Positions 1 to 7,635 of a stretch of DNA of 32,000 nt are shown one piece after another. The notes under the pieces were generated by a model. The model was not told the DNA's origin. It saw nothing but the letters and a program-made list of their open reading frames with translations, and made no database searches. This DNA is from Thermodesulfobacteriota bacterium. GTDB lineage: Bacteria > Desulfobacterota > WTBG01 > JAGOGO01. Position 1 is the stretch's first letter, and each line of letters begins with the position of its first letter. Location: NCBI GenBank assembly GCA_026625185.1, contig CP113000.1, forward strand, positions 1,455,622-1,487,621. Reading direction: 5' to 3'. Position numbers and translations under genes: made by a program.

Positions 1-2
1 GC

Positions 3-164
3 TTCGGCCATAAGAATTTTGGGGATAAAATACCTGCTGATTTTGAAGTCAAAAATCAGACAGGTTTTGTGTTGCCTGAAAAATACCCCTGGGAAATTGT
101 GCCCGATTTCATTAACGTGATTATATATTTAACAAACCCAATTAATAACCAACAAAGGAGATAG
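3..164 (+). CDS. 3' end of an unidentified protein-coding gene (5' part lies outside the window)
   Basis: Frame 3 is open from the window edge to TAG at 162-164 (53 codons, ...FGHKNFGDKIPADFEVKNQTGFVLPEKYPWEIVPDFINVIIYL...). It is absent from the ORF track because it has no start in the window. The next gene's RBS and ATG follow within 7 nt, which looks operonic. No recognisable domain. Confidence 0.35.
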   Translation, partial: FGHKNFGDKIPADFEVKNQTGFVLPEKYPWEIVPDFINVIIYLTNPINNQQRR

Positions 165-170
165 TAAAAA

Positions 171-374
171 ATGAATAAATTTCCAGAAACACCACCGCCC
201 GGAGATATGGAACGCAAACAAAGAATGCGTAGACTCCATAAAACACTTATCGAGCAAGGTCTTTATGTAAGACCTGTTTACTTGAATGAGTTGATGTCTG
301 AATACGGTTACTTTATCGTCTCGGTTGATGATCCATATTTACTATACGAGACTCAAGGGCAAGACCAAGGATAA
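171..374 (+). CDS. small hypothetical protein (67 aa)
   Basis: ATG at 171 is preceded by AGGAG (156-160). The sequence is basic and non-repetitive, with no recognisable motif. Its last 22 nt overlap the 3' end of the convergent HNH gene. Confidence 0.5.
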   Translation: MNKFPETPPPGDMERKQRMRRLHKTLIEQGLYVRPVYLNELMSEYGYFIVSVDDPYLLYETQGQDQG

Positions 375-655
375 TTATCACCCTTTGCCCTATTATTCTC
401 CCATTGGAGAGGTTGGAGATTATCAAGATTATCTGAACCTCCTTTGGCAGTTGGCTTTATGTGATCTATTTCCCATCCTACGTCTGAGTTTATATTTCCA
501 TGTTCTGAATACTTTATGGGCTTACCACAAATATCATATCGCCATTCTGCCGGACTCCAATGTTTCCCGTCCTTATCGGGAACTATTTTTCTTTTTGCCC
601 AGACAGCTCGCTTTGTTTGTTCATCGGCCGTCTTGAATGAATAAACGTAAGTCAT
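353..655 (-). CDS. stand-alone HNH endonuclease (100 aa)
   Basis: HNH signature ...WEIDHIKPTAKGGSDNLDNLQPLQWENNRAKG. ATG at 655-653 with AGGAG 9 nt upstream (complement of 665-669). Confidence 0.85.
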   Translation of the reverse strand: MTYVYSFKTADEQTKRAVWAKRKIVPDKDGKHWSPAEWRYDICGKPIKYSEHGNINSDVGWEIDHIKPTAKGGSDNLDNLQPLQWENNRAKGDNYPWSCP

Positions 656-810
656 GATTGATTTCTCCTTTCTGTGATTTAATTTTTCTCATCAATCAAA
701 GAAAGTTTTATTTTTTTGCTCTTTATTGGTTTCTTTTTTTAAGTGGTGGGGCAGATAAAATTGTTTCCATAATGGTTTTAAATTTATCGGCTGGGATTTT
801 TTTTAGAAGT

Positions 811-1314
811 TTATTTTTCGTCTTCCTCTGGTTCTTCTTCTGGCTCTTTTTCTTTTCCATCAAATAATCCTAATTGAATATCTGTTGGTTCTCTAACATC
901 TATTTTTGGAAAACCATCGTTTTTGCTTCTCTTAATTAAATCATCACCATCGTAAGTTTCAAGAATAGTTAGTTTTGCTTTCAATGCACTTGCAACATGA
1001 ATAGCATCCTTTGGTGGAACATTGTGATCCCATACCACCTCTTGTGCAAGACGAGCAACCCAACGATCGAGATTGATAATGGTTATGTAGTCGTTTTCAA
1101 AAAATTCAAAAACTTTTTCTTTTTTATCTTTTCCAATTGGTTTACTACCTCTATATCTTAGAACTTCGGCAATAGTTAGTGCAGATGTGAATAACTGAAT
1201 TTTACCCTCTTCGGCTGCATCTAAAATAGCTTTACATTTTGGGGCACGTCCATGCTCATCGTTTAGGTAGGCAATAATAACGCTACTTTCCCAATATCTT
1301 TTTTCGGGTTTCAA
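811..1314 (-). CDS. PIN-domain (VapC-like) ribonuclease with acidic C-terminal tail
   Basis: PIN-like layout: N-terminal YWESSVIIAYLNDE, TSALTIAEVLRY, and D..VASALKAKLTILETYDGD with conserved acidic positions. The ORF has no internal Met, so the start must be TTG at 1314-1312. That TTG overlaps the upstream gene's stop (TTGA), with GAGG 9 nt upstream. The C-terminus is EKEPEEEPEEDEK. Confidence 0.8.
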   Translation of the reverse strand: MKPEKRYWESSVIIAYLNDEHGRAPKCKAILDAAEEGKIQLFTSALTIAEVLRYRGSKPIGKDKKEKVFEFFENDYITIINLDRWVARLAQEVVWDHNVPPKDAIHVASALKAKLTILETYDGDDLIKRSKNDGFPKIDVREPTDIQLGLFDGKEKEPEEEPEEDEK

Positions 1315-2036
1315 TTAAAAATACCTCGAATATCGTCATGATGAGGAAGCTCACGATTAAATGGGAACCTAAAAATTTTTTCCACTTCTATAGAAATTGG
1401 CGTTCCGTCTTCCCTATAATGGATTAATCCAGTTATAGATACCCTTCTTTCAAATGCATCCTTTGCATCCTCAAGTTGTTCATAAGTAATAATACAATGT
1501 ATCAAACGATTAGATATTTCATCCCGAACTTCAACCTCATAGCGATTTCTTTTTGCTAAGACACGAAGCTCCCCCTCTATAGTTCCAATTCCAGAATGTG
1601 TCCATCTAAAAAGTGTTTCTATGTTTGTGCTTATTTTGGGGGAAATTTCTTGCTTTCTTTTTCCAAAAAAAATGGAAGTCGGAACCCCGTTATTTTTAGT
1701 TAAATCAGATAGCCCCTTAATTTTTTCAAGGGCTTTCTCAGAAAAATTTATAGGTTTTTCTGCTTTTTTTTGGATTACCCGCAATCCTTTTTTGAATGTA
1801 TTAGAAACCGCTAAAGGTTTTATTTTGGGGTCAGCGGGTGGCTCTGCAACTGCCATAATAACTTGACTCCCCTGCTTTACCATAGCAGACCAGACTATTG
1901 CCTTTTTATTTCCATAAAGACTATCTGTGATCTCTTCTAATGTTTCAAAAAAGGATTTAACTCCTTGGATAAACATAGCAGAAGGAATCTTGGAGGCATC
2001 AAATTTCATTTCAATGGAGACGAGTTTTTTATTCAT
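1311..2036 (-). CDS. orphan protein of unknown function (241 aa from ATG 2036; 249 aa if TTG 2060 is used), upstream partner of the PIN gene
   Basis: Long ORF on the same strand between the transposase and PIN genes. ATG at 2036-2034 has GGAG (complement of 2045-2048) 8 nt upstream. The track start at 2060 is a TTG overlapping the transposase stop. I recognise no motif. Lys-rich central linker with beta-rich flanks. Confidence 0.7.
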   Translation of the reverse strand: MNKKLVSIEMKFDASKIPSAMFIQGVKSFFETLEEITDSLYGNKKAIVWSAMVKQGSQVIMAVAEPPADPKIKPLAVSNTFKKGLRVIQKKAEKPINFSEKALEKIKGLSDLTKNNGVPTSIFFGKRKQEISPKISTNIETLFRWTHSGIGTIEGELRVLAKRNRYEVEVRDEISNRLIHCIITYEQLEDAKDAFERRVSITGLIHYREDGTPISIEVEKIFRFPFNRELPHHDDIRGIFN

Positions 2037-2056
2037 GTTAAATTCTCCCGTTTTTT

Positions 2057-2983
2057 TCAATTTGTAATAGCAACTATTGGTGAGTCCTTGTAAAGCAGTC
2101 TTTTCCCTTCAATACCACAAAGAGCCATTACACTCCGTTCAGCATCGTTGTTTTTTCTGCGGTTATATCTAAAGTTAAATTCAGATAGGTATCTATGAAG
2201 GTGATTTTTGCCAACATGGTGATAAACCCCAATTATGCCACGCTTTAAGATGCTAAAATAACCTTCAATAGTGTTGGTGTGAATATTTCCTCGGACGTAT
2301 TCCCTTTTACCATGATTTATTACCTCATGGGAAGCAAATTTTTTATCCAACCCACGATAAGACATAAAATCATCGGTCATAATTGTAGAAGATTTTTCAA
2401 CATTTTGGCTAATAATAAACTTTAAATTTTCGCCAGTTACCCTTTCAACTGGCATAGACATAACATTTCCATTTCTTTCAACCAAGGCAAAAACTGGAGT
2501 TTTATTTTCCGCGCCACGTCCTCTTTTTCCATGACCTTTACCACCTATGTAAGTTTCATCGGCTTCTATAGTTCCTTGAAATTTTGTTGTGGGTTTTTTA
2601 TCCATGGCGTATCGAATGCGGTGACTCATAAACCATGCTGTTTTATAAGTAACCTTGAGCATTCGATGGAGTTGGTGAGAACTCATTCCCTTTTTAGAAG
2701 AACAAATCAAAAAAGAAGCTAACAGCCATTTATGAAGTGGTATATGGCTTTTCTCAAAAACCGTCCCCACGGTTACACTAAATTGTTTTCGGCACTTTTT
2801 ACACTTCCAGACACCTTGACGGACAGGTGCTGTAGACTCCTTTTTGCCCTTTAAGGCATAGTGGTGATCAGCACTACCGCAATGAGGACAAATAGAACCA
2901 TGGGGCCATCTTATTCTTTCAAGATAAAGTCTCGCTTCATTTTCATCAGTAAAGTATGGTGCATCAAATCCTATATTTTTCAT
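2057..2983 (-). CDS. IS1595-family (ISXO2-like) DDE transposase with N-terminal zinc ribbon
   Basis: N-terminal CPHC...CKKC zinc ribbon (ERIRWPHGSICPHCGS...WKCKKCRKQFSVTVGTVFE). IS1595-type DDE core motifs EADETYIGGK, IMTDDFMSYRGL and HTNTIEGYFSILKRG...HLHRYLSEFNFRYNRR. GGAGG RBS 7 nt before ATG 2983. Confidence 0.9.
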   Translation of the reverse strand: MKNIGFDAPYFTDENEARLYLERIRWPHGSICPHCGSADHHYALKGKKESTAPVRQGVWKCKKCRKQFSVTVGTVFEKSHIPLHKWLLASFLICSSKKGMSSHQLHRMLKVTYKTAWFMSHRIRYAMDKKPTTKFQGTIEADETYIGGKGHGKRGRGAENKTPVFALVERNGNVMSMPVERVTGENLKFIISQNVEKSSTIMTDDFMSYRGLDKKFASHEVINHGKREYVRGNIHTNTIEGYFSILKRGIIGVYHHVGKNHLHRYLSEFNFRYNRRKNNDAERSVMALCGIEGKRLLYKDSPIVAITN

Positions 2984-2993
2984 AATATTACCT

Positions 2994-3034
2994 CCATTTG
3001 ACTAAAATATAACACCGTCAAATGGGTTTGTCAA
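2994..3034 (-). promoter_or_regulatory. near-consensus sigma70-type promoter with a palindromic operator-like site
   Basis: On the minus strand: TTGACA (3034-3029), 17-nt spacer, TATATT (3011-3006), then GGAGG RBS and ATG. A perfect 9-bp inverted repeat, ccatttgac (2994-3002) / gtcaaatgg (3017-3025), brackets the -10 box. Confidence 0.55.
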
Positions 3035-3053
3035 GTATATAATTGCGTTCATT

Positions 3054-3087
3054 AATTTGTCGCCGTTTTTGTTACAATTTGTCGCCG
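3054..3087. repeat. two 12-bp perfect direct repeats (aatttgtcgccg), start-to-start spacing 22 bp, upstream of the -35 box
   Basis: aatttgtcgccg occurs at 3054-3065 and again at 3076-3087. The spacing is about two helical turns. The repeats lie 20-55 bp upstream of the -35 hexamer of the transposase operon promoter. Confidence 0.6.
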
Positions 3088-3135
3088 ATTCTATTAAATC
3101 CGACACTTACTATGGAAGCAAAATGGTAGCAAGCC

Positions 3136-3168
3136 AATAAAAAAGGACTTAACAAAATAGCTAAGTCC
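3136..3168 (-). terminator. rho-independent terminator downstream of tRNA-Arg
   Basis: 7-bp stem ggactta (3145-3151) / taagtcc (3162-3168) with a 10-nt loop. On the minus strand it is followed by a T-rich run (complement of the A-run 3139-3144). Confidence 0.6.
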
Positions 3169-3181
3169 CTGAATTTATTTA

Positions 3182-3256
<75 letters not shown>

Positions 3257-3302
3257 TGAAAAAAATATTTTAGCTGTTTCCTCTGATTCTGTCAACTTAA
3301 AT

Positions 3303-3406
3303 TTTACCCCATTAGAAAAGTCTCAGTTACCCAGTTAGATATCAAATAGCTAACGGGGCAAGCGGGATGAATGCCCCGTGTGAAAGCTTCCTTCTAACAG
3401 GGTTTA
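3303..3406. repeat. nested palindromic intergenic element, copy 1
   Basis: Shares with 15421-15514 the outer arms (accccatta / taacagggt), the central hairpin gttagatatcaaatagctaac (3334-3354) and the flanking ttctaacagggttt. This copy has an extra 8-bp-stem hairpin, acggggca (3353-3360) / tgccccgt (3372-3379). Confidence 0.6.
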
Positions 3407-3523
3407 CTCTCCCTTGCCTCCAAATTTTTTTCCCTTTTGCGCATAGTCAAAAAACCTTTTTTGTGATAAAGTGTTATCCAGAATTTTTTTAACTGCAAAA
3501 ATATTTTTCGCCCAGAGGCCAGC

Positions 3524-5170
3524 ATGAACCTTCACCCGCTCGCGGGAAAACCCGCTCCACTGGAAATTCTCATTGATGTTTCCGCTCTTGAAAAAGCCTA
3601 CTATGAAGGCCAGCCGGATATGAGTGACCAAAATCAACAAGTAAGTTTCGGCACCAGTGGCCATCGAGGCAGTCCCTTAGAAGGCACCTTTACCGAAGCT
3701 CATATTCTGGCTATTACCCAAGCGATTTGTGACTACCGGAGCACCCAAGGCATCACCGGCCCTCTTTTTGTGGCCAAAGACACTCATGCGGTTTCTACCC
3801 CTGCCCAACGTACTGCGCTGGAAGTCTTAGCCGCCAATGGTGTTGAGACCATTATTCAGTCCGAGGATGGTTTCACTCCTACACCGGTTATATCGAGAGC
3901 TATCCTGGTTTATAATCGAGAACGAAAAAAAACAGTAGCAGATGGAATTGTTATCACTCCCTCGCACAACCCGCCGGCTGATGGAGGGATCAAATATAAC
4001 CCCCCCAACGGCGGCCCTGCTGACGCGGATATAACCGGCTGGATTCAAGACCACGCAAACGAGATACTCAGGGAGCATAACAAAAAGGTAAGGCGGATGC
4101 CTTATGCGTTAGCGCTTAAAGCTTCTACCACCCGCGAGGAAGATTTCGTCCTGCCCTACGTAAAAGATTTAGCGGCAGTCATTGATATGGATATCATTCG
4201 CTCCGCGGGAGTTAAAATCGGCATTGATCCCCTCGGCGGTTCTTCGGTTGCTTATTGGGAACCAGTCAAGCGTCACTTCGAGATTGACATTACTATGGTT
4301 AATCCCGCTATTGATCCGACCTTTCGTTTTATGACGGTTGACCACGACGGCAAAATTCGAATGGATTGTTCCAGCCCCTATGCCATGGAGAGTCTGGTAA
4401 GCTTAAAAGATCATTTTGATATCGCCTTTGGCACCGATACTGACGCGGACCGGCACGGCATTGTCACCCGTTCTATGGGCCTCATGAATCCCAATCACTA
4501 TCTGGCAGTGGCGATACATTATCTGCTTACTCATCGGCCTGAATGGCCCGCAAGGTCAGTTGTCGGAAAAACCCTGGTCAGCAGCAGTCTCATTGACCGG
4601 GTGGTTGAAGCCTTACGCCGAACTCTTTGGGAAGTGCCGGTCGGTTTTAAGTGGTTTGCTCCGGGATTGTATGACGGCTACTGTTGCTTTGGGGGTGAAG
4701 AAAGCGCGGGCGGTAGTTTTCTCCGCAAAAATGGTACGGTCTGGACCACTGACAAAGACGGCCTCATTTTCGGTTTGCTTGCTGCCGAGATTACCGCGCG
4801 TACCGGGAAAAATCCGAGCGAGCATTATCAGGAGCTTATCTCGCGGCTGGGAACTCCTTACTATTCCCGGATTGATGCCCCGGCCACGCCGGAACAAAAA
4901 AACGCCTTTAAACGCCTCACCCCCGACATTGTAGCCGCGAAAGAACTGGCGGGCGAACCTGTCCTTGCAAAGCTTACGCATGCTCCCGGCAACAAAGCGC
5001 CTATCGGTGGTTTGAAGGTGGCGACAAAAAACGGGTGGTTTGCAGCCCGCCCTTCGGGAACTGAAAATATTTACAAGCTCTACGCGGAAAGTTTTAAGAG
5101 CCAAGCTCACCTCAATGCTATTATTGAACAGGCTCAGCAGATTATAAAAAACGCTTTGGAAGGTAACTAA
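3524..5170 (+). CDS. pgm: phosphoglucomutase (alpha-D-glucose phosphate-specific)
   Basis: Collinear with enterobacterial Pgm as I recall it. Active-site TSGHRGS, metal loop [15 protein letters not shown], and C-terminal ARPSGTE. Confidence 0.95.
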   Translation: MNLHPLAGKPAPLEILIDVSALEKAYYEGQPDMSDQNQQVSFGTSGHRGSPLEGTFTEAHILAITQAICDYRSTQGITGPLFVAKDTHAVSTPAQRTALEVLAANGVETIIQSEDGFTPTPVISRAILVYNRERKKTVADGIVITPSHNPPADGGIKYNPPNGGPADADITGWIQDHANEILREHNKKVRRMPYALALKASTTREEDFVLPYVKDLAAVIDMDIIRSAGVKIGIDPLGGSSVAYWEPVKRHFEIDITMVNPAIDPTFRFMTVDHDGKIRMDCSSPYAMESLVSLKDHFDIAFGTDTDADRHGIVTRSMGLMNPNHYLAVAIHYLLTHRPEWPARSVVGKTLVSSSLIDRVVEALRRTLWEVPVGFKWFAPGLYDGYCCFGGEESAGGSFLRKNGTVWTTDKDGLIFGLLAAEITARTGKNPSEHYQELISRLGTPYYSRIDAPATPEQKNAFKRLTPDIVAAKELAGEPVLAKLTHAPGNKAPIGGLKVATKNGWFAARPSGTENIYKLYAESFKSQAHLNAIIEQAQQIIKNALEGN

Positions 5171-5198
5171 AAAGGCTGAGAAAGAAAGGGGCGTCACG

Positions 5199-6854
5199 AT
5201 GTTAAAGAGAATGAATCCCACTAAAACCAAAACCTGGCAAAGCCTCTTATCCCATCTCGAAAAGATAAAAACCACTAACCTGCGAGATCTTTTCACTCAA
5301 GACCCGGCGCGGTTTCAAAAATTTTCTCTCCAATTTAATGATATTTTGGTGGATTATTCGAAGAATCGGATTACTGAAGAAACCATAGGTCTTTTAATTG
5401 CGTTAGCTCAAGAAATAGATTTATCGGATGCGGTCGAAAAAATGTTTGCGGGCGATAAAATCAATGAAACTGAAAATCGCGCGGTCTTGCACGTTGCCTT
5501 GAGAAACCGGAAAAACACACCGATTTACCTTGACGGCAAAGATGTGATGTTACAGGTCAATGAAGTCCTTCAAAAAATTAAAACCTTCTCAGAACAGATA
5601 ATTTCCGGTAAGTGGAAAGGATATACCGGCAAGAAGATCTCTGATCTGGTTAATGTCGGGATCGGAGGATCAAACCTTGGGCCTCTTATGGTGACTGAGT
5701 GTTTACGGCCTTATGCTCAGGAAGGTCTATCGGTCCATTTTGTTTCTAATGTGGATGGCACGCACCTTGCTGAGACTTTGAAGAAATTAAATCCTGAAAC
5801 CACCCTTTTTATGGTTGCCTCCAAAACCTTTACTACCCAGGAAACCATGACCAATGCCTTCTCCGCCCGAAACTGGTTTTTAAACCAGGCAAAAGACCCC
5901 CGGCAGGTCGCGAAACATTTTGTGGCGATTTCCACCAACACGGAAAAAGTAAAAGCCTTTGGGATTGACGCGGACAATATGTTTATTTTCTGGGACTGGG
6001 TGGGTGGTCGTTACTCCCTCTGGTCAGCGATTGGTTTATCCATCGCATGTTACCTGGGTTACGAAAACTTTGCAGAATTACTGGAAGGCGCTTTTGAGAT
6101 GGACTGCCATTTCAGGGAAGCGCCTTTTGAAAAAAATATTCCCGTGATCCTGGGATTGATCGGCATCTGGTACAACAACTTCTTTGGCGCAGAGACTGAA
6201 GTCATGGTGCCTTATGACCAGTATATGCGCCAGTTTCCCGCCTACTTCCAGCAGGGAGACATGGAGAGCAACGGCAAATCACGTGATCGAAACGGTGACC
6301 AGGTAACTTACCAGACCGGGCCCATTATCTGGGGTGAACCCGGAACCGATGGCCAGCATGCCTTTTTCCAGCTCATTCACCAGGGGACAAAACTGATTCC
6401 AGCTGATTTCTTGGCTCCCGCAATCAGTCATAATCCCTGGGGCGATCATCACCTGATATTACTATCAAACTTTTTTGCCCAGACCGAAGCCCTCATGAAA
6501 GGAAAAACCAAAGAGGAAGTAACCGAAGAATTAAAAAAAGAAGGCAAGACCGACCAAGAGATCCAAAGGCTCTATCCTTTTAGGGTGTTTAAGGGCAACA
6601 AGCCGACCAACTCAATCCTCTTTAAAAAACTTACCCCGCGCGTCCTGGGAAACCTCGTTGCCATGTATGAACACAAGATTTTTGTCCAGGGAGTAATCTG
6701 GAATATCTTCACCTTTGATCAGTGGGGCGTGGAGCTGGGCAAACTGCTTGCCCAAAAAATCCTGCCGGAATTACAAGATAATATACCGGTTTCTTCTCAC
6801 GACTCTTCTACCAATGGCTTGATCAATACGTTTAAGAAGATGAAAGCTGAATAG
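5199..6854 (+). CDS. pgi: glucose-6-phosphate isomerase
   Basis: Motifs [34 protein letters not shown] and WGVELGK. 551 aa. 28 nt downstream of pgm. Confidence 0.95.
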   Translation: MLKRMNPTKTKTWQSLLSHLEKIKTTNLRDLFTQDPARFQKFSLQFNDILVDYSKNRITEETIGLLIALAQEIDLSDAVEKMFAGDKINETENRAVLHVALRNRKNTPIYLDGKDVMLQVNEVLQKIKTFSEQIISGKWKGYTGKKISDLVNVGIGGSNLGPLMVTECLRPYAQEGLSVHFVSNVDGTHLAETLKKLNPETTLFMVASKTFTTQETMTNAFSARNWFLNQAKDPRQVAKHFVAISTNTEKVKAFGIDADNMFIFWDWVGGRYSLWSAIGLSIACYLGYENFAELLEGAFEMDCHFREAPFEKNIPVILGLIGIWYNNFFGAETEVMVPYDQYMRQFPAYFQQGDMESNGKSRDRNGDQVTYQTGPIIWGEPGTDGQHAFFQLIHQGTKLIPADFLAPAISHNPWGDHHLILLSNFFAQTEALMKGKTKEEVTEELKKEGKTDQEIQRLYPFRVFKGNKPTNSILFKKLTPRVLGNLVAMYEHKIFVQGVIWNIFTFDQWGVELGKLLAQKILPELQDNIPVSSHDSSTNGLINTFKKMKAE

Positions 6855-6881
6855 TAGGGGCACGGCACGCCGTGCCCCTAC
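6854..6881. terminator. bidirectional terminator hairpin between convergent pgi and gpmA
   Basis: Perfect 12-bp GC-rich stem gtaggggcacgg / ccgtgcccctac with a 4-nt loop. It starts at the last base of the pgi stop codon. A T-run follows on the + strand a few nt downstream. Confidence 0.7.
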
Positions 6882-6888
6882 TGGTTGG

Positions 6889-7635
6889 TTATTTTTTCTT
6901 CAACTGATTAGCAACTGCTTCGGTTGCTCTTTTTACCGCTTCCGGATCGCCGAGGTAATAACTTCGAATGGGAGTTAAATCGTCATTAAGCTCGTAGACC
7001 AGGGGTATCCCGGTAGGAATATTAAGTTCAACAATTTTGTCTTCAGGGACATTATCAAGATATTTTACTAAAGCCCGCAGGCTGTTCCCGTGAGCAGCGA
7101 TAACCACCCGCTTGCCCTCACGGACTGTAGGCGCGATAGTCTCGTGCCATAACGGCAGAAACCGCGCCACCGTGTCTTTTAAACATTCGGTAAGCGGAAA
7201 TTCTCCGGGCTTCATGTCAGCGAACCGGGGATCATTCCCGTTATAGCGGGGGTCATCTAGCGTGAGCGCCGGCGGAGGGACATCATAGCTTCGTCGCCAG
7301 ATCTGAACCTGTTCCATCCCGTGTAGTTCAACCATTTCGGTTTTATTTAAGCCCTGGAGTGCTCCGTAGTGACGCTCATTGAGGCGCCAGCTGTTGAAAA
7401 CCGGAACCCACATAAGGTCCATCTCCTCGAGAACAATCCAGAGGGTTTTTATCGCCCGTTTGAGAACGGACGTGAATGCTATATCAAAAACATATCCTTC
7501 CTTGGCTAAAATGCGCCCCGCCTGAAGAGCTTCATCAACACCTTTTTGGCTCAACCCGACATCGGTCCAGCCGGTAAAGCGGTTTTCCTTATTCCAAATA
7601 CTCTCTCCGTGACGAATCACCACTAATTTTTTCAT
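6889..7635 (-). CDS. gpmA: 2,3-bisphosphoglycerate-dependent phosphoglycerate mutase
   Basis: [19 protein letters not shown] catalytic His motif, the second His motif [10 protein letters not shown], and 248 aa. The start ATG overlaps the stop of the upstream GT39 gene (ATGA). Confidence 0.95.
   Translation of the reverse strand: MKKLVVIRHGESIWNKENRFTGWTDVGLSQKGVDEALQAGRILAKEGYVFDIAFTSVLKRAIKTLWIVLEEMDLMWVPVFNSWRLNERHYGALQGLNKTEMVELHGMEQVQIWRRSYDVPPPALTLDDPRYNGNDPRFADMKPGEFPLTECLKDTVARFLPLWHETIAPTVREGKRVVIAAHGNSLRALVKYLDNVPEDKIVELNIPTGIPLVYELNDDLTPIRSYYLGDPEAVKRATEAVANQLKKK

Noticed and set aside
325-636. 103-aa plus-strand ORF
   Set aside because: It lies entirely antisense to the HNH gene, which has a clear catalytic motif and RBS. 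The ORF itself has a low-complexity hydrophobic translation and no RBS.
658-867. 69-aa plus-strand ORF rich in Phe/Leu
   Set aside because: It translates a T-rich intergenic region plus the antisense strand of the acidic tail of the PIN gene. No RBS, and the composition is an artefact of the T-rich DNA.
1621-1866. 81-aa plus-strand ORF
   Set aside because: It is antisense within the orphan gene of the transposase-PIN operon, with no RBS and no motif.
2058-2060. TTG start giving a 4-nt overlap between the transposase and the orphan gene
   Set aside because: It is possible, but ATG 2036 with a GGAG RBS 8 nt upstream is a better initiation context. The genes remain operonic either way, with a gap of about 20 nt.
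1-3135. Terminal inverted repeats or target-site duplication delimiting an IS1595 element, or a repeat of the tRNA-Arg 3' end marking an integrated island
   Set aside because: By eye I found no convincing match between the region upstream of the promoter (3088-3135) and any sequence in 1-810. The element's far end may lie outside the window. This is left as an open check rather than a claim.
4613-5296. 227-aa minus-strand ORF, plus 3827-4078, 4560-4934 and 3404-3664
   Set aside because: These are antisense or alternative frames inside the unambiguous pgm and pgi genes. Such frames are typical shadow ORFs within coding DNA.
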